Positions 57,585-64,000 of a DNA stretch of 64,000 nt are shown in pieces. The notes beneath the pieces are model-generated. The model was not told the origin of the DNA, ran no database searches, and saw nothing but the letters and a program-made list of their open reading frames with translations. The DNA is from an uncultured Acidobacteriota bacterium. GTDB taxonomy: Bacteria; Acidobacteriota; Thermoanaerobaculia; Gp7-AA8. The stretch is from contig CAWGHO010000001.1 in NCBI GenBank assembly GCA_963822445.1, positions 1,088,001 through 1,152,000 on the forward strand. Reading direction: 5' to 3'. Numbering within the stretch: position 1 is the stretch's first letter; each line of letters starts with the position of its first letter. Both the position numbers and the translations under genes were made by a program.

Positions 57585-59528
57585 TCAGCGCGACCAGACG
57601 AACCAGCGCTGCGGCAGCCGGATGGTCTCTCCCCCCGCGTCGGTGATCTCCACCTCGACGTCGGTAGCCCCTTCCCGATCGCGGGGGATGTCCACCGTGA
57701 ACCCGGCACGGGTCGAGTCATGCCACGGATAGAGCGCGCCGACGTCGGGGCGTGAGAAGAGCTGCGCCTCGTAGCTCCGCGCGCGATTGTTGACGAACAC
57801 GCGCACCCGCCTGATGCCCATCGGCGAGACCGCCCATCCCTTCACCCGCACCGATCCCCGCACTTCCGAGTCCGCTTGCGGTTCATCGAGCCATCCGATC
57901 GGGCGCGACGCGGGCTGCGGACCGAACGACGGCTTCTCCGCGTCACTGCCTAAAACGAAAACGAAATCGCCTTCGATGCCGCGATCGAAACGCGCCACGA
58001 AGCGGAGCTTGCCCGCCTCCATCGAACGATTCAGAAAGTGGCGGATGGCCGCCGTCTCTTCGCCGAGCGTGTCGCCATGCACGACGAGCGTCGTCACGCC
58101 GATCTTCGCCAGTTGATCGAGGATCGCCAGATCCACCGGCCGCTGCTCGAACGCGCGCACCAGGTCGCCGTGCATCCCCACGTCGGAGACGCCATTGGTC
58201 ATGCGCCGGTGGTGAATCGTCGCGCGCAGGTAGTACTCGTACTCGCTGCCGCTATGCCGGATGGGCAGCTCGAGAATCGCGCCCTTGTCCTTCGACTGCG
58301 CGAGCCAGCGGTACACGGGCGGCTCGTCGTCATCGGCGAGGTGAAACTGCAACGGCGCGGAACGCAACTCCAGAAGCAGCAACGCGGTCAGGATCGCGCC
58401 GGCCACGTGGCGATGACGGACGATCTTCATCGCCCCGATTCCCGCCAGGAGGGCGATGCCGACGTAGGCGATCATCGCCCACCGCGCCGGCGCGCGAATG
58501 CCGCTGAACAGCGGCACGTGATCGAAGAGCAGCCGGTGAAAGAGGCCGTTGAGGCCGAGGGATCCGAAGTATCCGAGGAGGATCCAACTCGCTGCCGCGA
58601 TGAGGACCAGCCGGCGGATGGCCTTGTCCGCGCCGACCGGCCCGATCAGGCCGACCAGCGCGAGCAGCACACCGCCGACACCCGGAAACAGCCATCGCTC
58701 GCGGTCGGTCATCCCTCCGTTCAAGACCTTCGACGTGACCCAGTCCTTCGCCACGGCTGAATGGCGCTTCGCCTCGTCGAAGTCCCCCCTGAACCCGTAG
58801 CGCTCACGCACTTCGCGATACGGCAGGAGAAACGGAATCAGAAGCAGCGTGGCGATGACCGTCGAGGCGGCGAGGAGCAGCAACGCGCGCGGACGGCGGA
58901 TGAGGAAGATCAGCGCCGCAACAGCGATCGCCAGCGACCCGAACGCCATCCAGTGCAGGTTCGTAATCCCGTTCATGAAAAACGCGATACCGAACAGCGC
59001 CGCGCGTTGCCAGGTCGGCGTCCGCGCGAAGGCGATCAATGCGGCGATCATCAGCGGCAGCCAGCCCGCCCATGAATGCTGCGTCTGCATCAGATGCGTG
59101 AAGCGCCACGGCACGAACGCCAGAAAAACACCGCTCGCGATTCCAGCCCACCAGGAGCCGGTCACCACGCGTGTGAGAACGAACGCGCCGTAACCGGTGA
59201 ATGCGAATCCGAGGAGGAGAAGGATGTTGTGCATGAGCAGAGGGCTCGCGCCGGCCAGGCGAAAGGGAAAGCCGAACAGGGCGATACCGTACTGGTGCTC
59301 GGTGAACGCGAGCGAAGGTCCGTCGGGATGGAGCGCGTTCGCGCGGAAAAGGCTCGCGCCGCGATGGGTCGTCGCGTGCCACGCCCAGTCGTACACCCAC
59401 GTGTTCACGTAGGGCTCGCTGGGATGGGCGATGGCGCGCGTGATGAGCCGGGGCAGCGGCCAGAGCATCACCGCCGACAGAGCGACGAACAGCGCCGCGG
59501 CGGCCAGGTGAGGGCCGGATTTTTTCAC
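57585..59528 (-). CDS. Polytopic membrane protein, YfhO/GT-C-like, with C-terminal Ig-like domain
   Basis: Many TM helices, RAPARW, LELP and NGVS. C-terminal GWLDEP...GWA...GF. Confidence 0.6.
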   Translation of the reverse strand: MKKSGPHLAAAALFVALSAVMLWPLPRLITRAIAHPSEPYVNTWVYDWAWHATTHRGASLFRANALHPDGPSLAFTEHQYGIALFGFPFRLAGASPLLMHNILLLLGFAFTGYGAFVLTRVVTGSWWAGIASGVFLAFVPWRFTHLMQTQHSWAGWLPLMIAALIAFARTPTWQRAALFGIAFFMNGITNLHWMAFGSLAIAVAALIFLIRRPRALLLLAASTVIATLLLIPFLLPYREVRERYGFRGDFDEAKRHSAVAKDWVTSKVLNGGMTDRERWLFPGVGGVLLALVGLIGPVGADKAIRRLVLIAAASWILLGYFGSLGLNGLFHRLLFDHVPLFSGIRAPARWAMIAYVGIALLAGIGAMKIVRHRHVAGAILTALLLLELRSAPLQFHLADDDEPPVYRWLAQSKDKGAILELPIRHSGSEYEYYLRATIHHRRMTNGVSDVGMHGDLVRAFEQRPVDLAILDQLAKIGVTTLVVHGDTLGEETAAIRHFLNRSMEAGKLRFVARFDRGIEGDFVFVLGSDAEKPSFGPQPASRPIGWLDEPQADSEVRGSVRVKGWAVSPMGIRRVRVFVNNRARSYEAQLFSRPDVGALYPWHDSTRAGFTVDIPRDREGATDVEVEITDAGGETIRLPQRWFVWSR

Positions 59529-60313
59529 GGCTTCCTGAATGCGCGCACGATCGCGCCGAACCGTGCGGCGTCTACCGGCGCGTCGACGTTTCCATCGCGC
59601 TTGGCGGCCGTTCCGACGATCGCCGCGTCGGCCGCGCCGAACTGCGAGGCGTTGTCCGCATCGACCCCGCTGCCGGCGATGAGCGGCGTGTCGTCGAGCA
59701 GCTCGCGCAACATCGTCAGACGCGACGGATCGGCAGCGCTGCCCGTGGCCGCGCCGGTCACGATGAGCGCATCGGCCAGCCCGCGCAGGCGGAGATCTTT
59801 CGGCGAAACCTCCCCCATCGGCGTGGCGTGCTTGACGAGGTAGTCGGCGAAGATGAACACGTCCGGCGCGATGGCGGCGCGCTTCCGCAAAGTGCCGTAC
59901 GCGTCCCCTTCGATGATGCCCTGATCGGTGACGGCCGCACCGGTGTGGACGTTGACCCGGATGAACGCCGCCCCCGTGGCCGCGGCGATGGCGAGCGCCG
60001 ACAGCGCGTCGTTGCGAAGGACATTCACCCCGATCGCCAGCTTCGTCTCCCGCACAACCTCGGCGATCACCCGCGCCATCGCCGCCACGGTTTCCGCTTC
60101 GACCCGGCCCTTCGTGAAGGGCTTGTCCCCGAAATTCTCGAGAACGATCCCGCTGGCGTTCCCTGCGCTGAGCGCCCGCGCGTCGTCGAGGGCCGCGTCG
60201 ATGACGTCATTCATCGACACGAACCCGGGGCTGCCCGGGAGGGGGCGGAGGTGGACCATGCCGAAGACCGCGCGGTGGCCGAAGCGGTCTGCGAACAACG
60301 CACGAGTGAGCAT
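59525..60313 (-). CDS. BtpA/SgcQ family protein
   Basis: GMVHLRPLPGSP, ENFGDKPF, GVNVLRND and GSGV. Confidence 0.92.
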   Translation of the reverse strand: MLTRALFADRFGHRAVFGMVHLRPLPGSPGFVSMNDVIDAALDDARALSAGNASGIVLENFGDKPFTKGRVEAETVAAMARVIAEVVRETKLAIGVNVLRNDALSALAIAAATGAAFIRVNVHTGAAVTDQGIIEGDAYGTLRKRAAIAPDVFIFADYLVKHATPMGEVSPKDLRLRGLADALIVTGAATGSAADPSRLTMLRELLDDTPLIAGSGVDADNASQFGAADAAIVGTAAKRDGNVDAPVDAARFGAIVRAFRKP

Positions 60314-60342
60314 CAATGCCCAAAGTTATACTCCACGCCGCC

Positions 60343-61752
60343 ATGTCCGACCTCCGCCTCTTCAACACCCTGTCGCGCGAGAAGGAGACCTTCATTCCCC
60401 TCCGCCCCGGCGAGGTGCGGATGTATTCGTGCGGTCCGACGGTCTACAACGACCCTCACATCGGCAATCTGCGCACGTTCCTCTGGAGCGATCTGCTGCG
60501 CCGCTACCTCGAGTATCGCGGGCTGAAGGTCACCCACGTCATGAACATCACCGACGTCGAGGACAAGATCATCCGCAACGCCAACGCGGCGGGCACGGAC
60601 ATCCGCACCTACGTCGCGCCGTACATCGACTCCTTCCACGCCTCGCTGAAGAAGCTGCGCGTCCGGCCGGCCCACAGCTACCCGCACGCGACGGAATACA
60701 TCCCGCAGATGGTCGAACTGGTGAAAACGCTCACCGCCCGCGGCCATACCTATGTGGCCGAGGGGTCGACGTACTTCAAAGTTTCCACGCTGCCGGGATA
60801 CGGAAAGCTGGCCCGCATCGAGATCGACACGACCAGCGAGTACAGCCGCATCGAGTCAGACGAATACGAGAAAGAATCCGCGCGCGACTTCGTGCTCTGG
60901 AAGTCGAAGAAGGACAACGAGCCGGGCTGGCCGACGGAGATCGGCGATGGCCGCCCGGGATGGCACCTCGAGTGCTCGGCCATGTCCATGGACCTCCTCG
61001 GCGAAACATTCGACATCCACACCGGCGCGGTCGACCTGATCTTCCCGCACCACGAGAACGAGATCGCCCAGAGCGAAGGCGCGACCGGCAAACCGTTCGT
61101 CAAGTTCTGGGTGCACGGCGAGCACCTCAACATCGACGCGCAGAAGATGTCGAAGTCCCTGGGCAACATCTACACGATCCGCGAGATCGAGGAGATGGGC
61201 TACGACCCGCTGGCGCTGCGTTACGCGCTGATGTCCGTGCCGTATCGCACGAAGCTGAACTTCACGAATCAGTCCCTCGACGACGCGAAAAACGCCGTCG
61301 CGCGCATCGAGTCCTTCCTCCTCCGCCTCGGCGACGTCGCGCACTCCGGTCCGAAAGACGCCGCGCACGCGAACGAGGAAGGCGACGCGCTGATCGGCAG
61401 ATTCCTCGGCGAGTTTCAGGAAGCCATGGACGACGATCTGAACACCGCCGGCGCCCTCGGCGCGCTCTTTACCTTGATCCGCGACGTGAACACCGCCATC
61501 GACGCGGGACGGCTGACGTCCGGCGACGCCGAAGGCATCCGCTCGGCGCTGATGAAGGTCGATCCGGTCCTGGACATTTTCCCGAGCATGGAACAGAGCA
61601 TCGACGCCGACATCGAGCGATTGATCGATGCCCGCAACGCCGCGCGGAAATCGCGCAACTTCGCGGAATCCGATCGCCTTCGCGACGAGCTGATCGCAAA
61701 GGGCATCCTGCTCGAGGACACGCCGTCCGGCACGCGGTGGCGCCGCGCATGA
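60343..61752 (+). CDS. cysS: Cysteine--tRNA ligase
   Basis: CGPTVY, HIGN, GRPGWHLEC, FPHHENE and KMSKS. Confidence 0.97.
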   Translation: MSDLRLFNTLSREKETFIPLRPGEVRMYSCGPTVYNDPHIGNLRTFLWSDLLRRYLEYRGLKVTHVMNITDVEDKIIRNANAAGTDIRTYVAPYIDSFHASLKKLRVRPAHSYPHATEYIPQMVELVKTLTARGHTYVAEGSTYFKVSTLPGYGKLARIEIDTTSEYSRIESDEYEKESARDFVLWKSKKDNEPGWPTEIGDGRPGWHLECSAMSMDLLGETFDIHTGAVDLIFPHHENEIAQSEGATGKPFVKFWVHGEHLNIDAQKMSKSLGNIYTIREIEEMGYDPLALRYALMSVPYRTKLNFTNQSLDDAKNAVARIESFLLRLGDVAHSGPKDAAHANEEGDALIGRFLGEFQEAMDDDLNTAGALGALFTLIRDVNTAIDAGRLTSGDAEGIRSALMKVDPVLDIFPSMEQSIDADIERLIDARNAARKSRNFAESDRLRDELIAKGILLEDTPSGTRWRRA

Positions 61753-62336
61753 TCGGCTACCTCTCCGGCCAGATCCGCCAGCTCGACGCCACGCGCGCGC
61801 TCGTCGTCGCGGCCGGCGTCGGCTACGAAGTGCACATCTCCCTGCAGACCTACTACCGCCTCGAAGGAAAGCGCGATGCGGAGCTGGACATCTACACGCA
61901 CGTCCGCGAAGACACGCTCTCGCTCTACGGCTTCGCATCGACGGATGAAAAGTACGCGTTCGAAAAGCTGATCTCCATCTCCGGCATTGGGCCGACGCTC
62001 GCGCAGAAAATCCTGTCGGGCATCGACGCCGCGGATCTCGCCGATGCCGTTGCCCGCGCGGACGCTCGTAAGCTGTCGTCGATCCCCGGCGTCGGCAAGA
62101 AGACCGCCGAGCGCATCTGCCTCGAGTTGCGCGACAAGCTCACCGCGCCGGTGACGGCAACACCGGCCGCGCCGACGCGTCTCTCCGTCGACGACGACGT
62201 GCAGTCCGCCTTGGTCAACCTCGGCTACCGGCCGAAGGACGCGGAAATCGCGCTGGAGAAAGCGCGGCAGGAACTGGGTGGTGAGGCGGAATTCTCGGCC
62301 CTACTGAAACGGGCGCTTCGGCATCTAACGAAGTAG
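61749..62336 (+). CDS. ruvA: Holliday junction branch migration protein RuvA
   Basis: MIGYLSG, GVGYEV, VREDxxxLYGF, PGVGKKTAERI and ALVNLGY. Confidence 0.95.
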   Translation: MIGYLSGQIRQLDATRALVVAAGVGYEVHISLQTYYRLEGKRDAELDIYTHVREDTLSLYGFASTDEKYAFEKLISISGIGPTLAQKILSGIDAADLADAVARADARKLSSIPGVGKKTAERICLELRDKLTAPVTATPAAPTRLSVDDDVQSALVNLGYRPKDAEIALEKARQELGGEAEFSALLKRALRHLTK

Positions 62337-62777
62337 CTACTCGCCGATATCTTCATTCCAGAGCTGCGGATGCTCGCGGATGAACGTGGTCATCAACTCC
62401 ACGCACTCGGCGTTGTCGACGACTTCCACGCTCACGCCGCGCGATCGCAACAATTCCTCTTCCCCCATGAACGTGCGGTTCTCGCCGACGATCACCCGCG
62501 GGATCCCGTAAAGCAGAATCGCGCCGCTGCACATCGAGCATGGAGAGAGCGTCGTGTAGATCACGCTCTCGCGATACACCTTCGCAGGATGGCGCCCGGC
62601 ATTTTCCAGCGCGTCCATCTCGCCGTGCAGCGTGGCGCTTCCTTTCTGCACGCGGCGGTTGTGGCCGCGGCCGATGATCTTTCCGTCATGGACGATCACC
62701 GACCCGATGGGAATCCCTCCCTCATCGCGGCCACGGCGCGCCTCTTCGATAGCGGCTTGCAGAAAAGGATCGGCCAT
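62337..62777 (-). CDS. Zinc-dependent nucleoside/cytosine deaminase
   Basis: HGE...SPCSMC and WNEDIGE, resembling fungal-type cytosine deaminase. Confidence 0.9.
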   Translation of the reverse strand: MADPFLQAAIEEARRGRDEGGIPIGSVIVHDGKIIGRGHNRRVQKGSATLHGEMDALENAGRHPAKVYRESVIYTTLSPCSMCSGAILLYGIPRVIVGENRTFMGEEELLRSRGVSVEVVDNAECVELMTTFIREHPQLWNEDIGE

Positions 62778-62782
62778 CCTCG

Positions 62783-63178
62783 TCAGCGCTTCTTCCGCAG
62801 CGCGTCCACGCTCCAGATCCCTGGTCCCACCGCGGCGATGTACAGGAAGAGGAAGCAGTACAGGACTGCCGTCTCGCCCTCGTTCACGGTCGGCCAGAAG
62901 TCTCTCGGCGCGTGCGCTTTGAAGTAGGCGACGGCCATCTGGCCGCTGGCGATGAAGGCCGCGAGACTTCCGAAGAGGCCGATGGCGATCAGGATGCCGG
63001 CCACGATCTCGATCCATCCCGCGGCCACCATCAGCGGCGGAAGTCCGCCGCCGCCACCACCGCCCTTCCCCGGCCAGCCGAAGATTTTCTGCGTTCCGTG
63101 CAGGGCCCACATCAAGCCGGAGACGATGCGAAGGATGGCGAAGATCTGCGAGGAGAAGCGTCCCAGAAAGCGTTCCAT
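62783..63178 (-). CDS. DoxX family membrane protein
   Basis: LRIVSG...HGTQK...E...MAVAY...GPGxWSVD. Confidence 0.9.
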   Translation of the reverse strand: MERFLGRFSSQIFAILRIVSGLMWALHGTQKIFGWPGKGGGGGGGLPPLMVAAGWIEIVAGILIAIGLFGSLAAFIASGQMAVAYFKAHAPRDFWPTVNEGETAVLYCFLFLYIAAVGPGIWSVDALRKKR

Positions 63179-63249
63179 GGCTGACCTCGCATACAAGTTC
63201 CGGTCCCGGCTGAAAGATGGTGCAGGGATTGAAATGCCGAATAACAAAG

Positions 63250-64000
63250 ATGCGCTCCGCTCGACTCATTCTTGTCTTCGCGCTCCTGGCGACGGTCACC
63301 ACGGCCCAGGCCGCGGACCGCACGACCACGTCTTTGCTGGCGAAGACCTGGCCCGCCGCCCCGTTCGCCGACCTGGCTGAGCTCGGCGCGGGTCTGGGCA
63401 TCGTCTTCTCCCCCGACCTCAGCGTCCCCAACAACTGCCGCTTCTACGAGACCCTCGGCTTTGCCTGTTTCGACAGCGCCGACTGGCTCGACGTCCTCAG
63501 CCGCATCCACGAGCACAACACCACCAACCCCGGCCGCCGCATCCGCACGCTCGTCCTCGAGACCCACGGCACCAACGGCCATGGGCTGAAACTGCAGAAA
63601 GGCAAGGACCCGAAAGACGATCGCTCGTACATCTCCGTCGGCGCGCTCCAGGAGATGCTCGAGCCGGTCGGCGTGCGCTACATCGTCATCAGCGCGTGCA
63701 ACTCAGGACGGCTGCTGCGTCCCGAGATCTATCGCCGCCTCAATCGCGATCCCGGCGACAAGCTGTTCCTCCCGGCCACACGGGGCATCATCGACGCGAC
63801 GGAAGACTTCAACCCCAAGCGCACGCACGTGCAGATCATTACGCCCCAGACCAGCCACATCGAGACGACGCTGGTCGGTGCGCTTCGCGAGCTCGCTCCG
63901 GCGACGCGCGACATGCTCACCGACGCTGCAAAGACGCGCGATCTGACCCTGCCGAAACAGTTCGCGATCTCGGAGATGCTCATCCAGATGCTGCTCCGCG
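63250..64000 (+). CDS. Secreted protein with a caspase/CHAT-like His-Cys dyad (3' end outside window)
   Basis: Manual translation MRSARLILVFALLA..., with LVLETHG and IVISACNSG. Confidence 0.6.
   Translation, partial: MRSARLILVFALLATVTTAQAADRTTTSLLAKTWPAAPFADLAELGAGLGIVFSPDLSVPNNCRFYETLGFACFDSADWLDVLSRIHEHNTTNPGRRIRTLVLETHGTNGHGLKLQKGKDPKDDRSYISVGALQEMLEPVGVRYIVISACNSGRLLRPEIYRRLNRDPGDKLFLPATRGIIDATEDFNPKRTHVQIITPQTSHIETTLVGALRELAPATRDMLTDAAKTRDLTLPKQFAISEMLIQMLLR

Noticed and set aside
59928-63434. Apparent long fusions or N-terminal extensions in the ORF track (802-aa RuvA, 365-aa deaminase, also RmuC, Fpg, TrpD)
   Set aside because: The extensions overlap neighbouring genes in other frames. 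Family-typical starts lie downstream.

Overview
High-GC bacterial chromosome segment of about 55 genes. GWxTD/VWA, IPTL-CTERM and DUF4388 proteins suggest Acidobacteriota, possibly Thermoanaerobaculia (inference). Most of the content is housekeeping or envelope genes: an S1-domain protein, apaG, M4/M3/M23 peptidases, an Fpg/Nei glycosylase, an ECF sigma cluster, a long minus-strand run (cysteine desulfurase, DUF4388, lgt, aroC, aminotransferase, rmuC, then trpG-D-C-F-B-A, chorismate mutase, DAHP synthase), sdaAB, a class II aldolase, a 2190-aa Calx-beta nuclease, an NtrYX-like system, cysS and ruvA. No rRNA, tRNA or CRISPR array was seen. The notable signals are missing from the ORF track. (1) trpG has no in-frame start codon. 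It can be reached by a +1 shift at CTT-TGG (Leu-Trp) from a 22-codon upstream ORF, which makes it a candidate tryptophan-sensing programmed frameshift gating a translationally coupled trp operon. (2) A Tyr/Phe leader-peptide attenuator lies between trpA and the chorismate mutase and DAHP synthase genes. (3) A GIY-YIG gene is bounded by perfect 28-bp inverted repeats, and an internally deleted copy lies about 9.6 kb away. (4) Several 7/8-mer tandem-repeat hairpin families occur, one of which brackets a whole gene. Small indels between about 7.5 and 17.4 kb look like sequencing errors, so frameshift-based claims need read-level checking.
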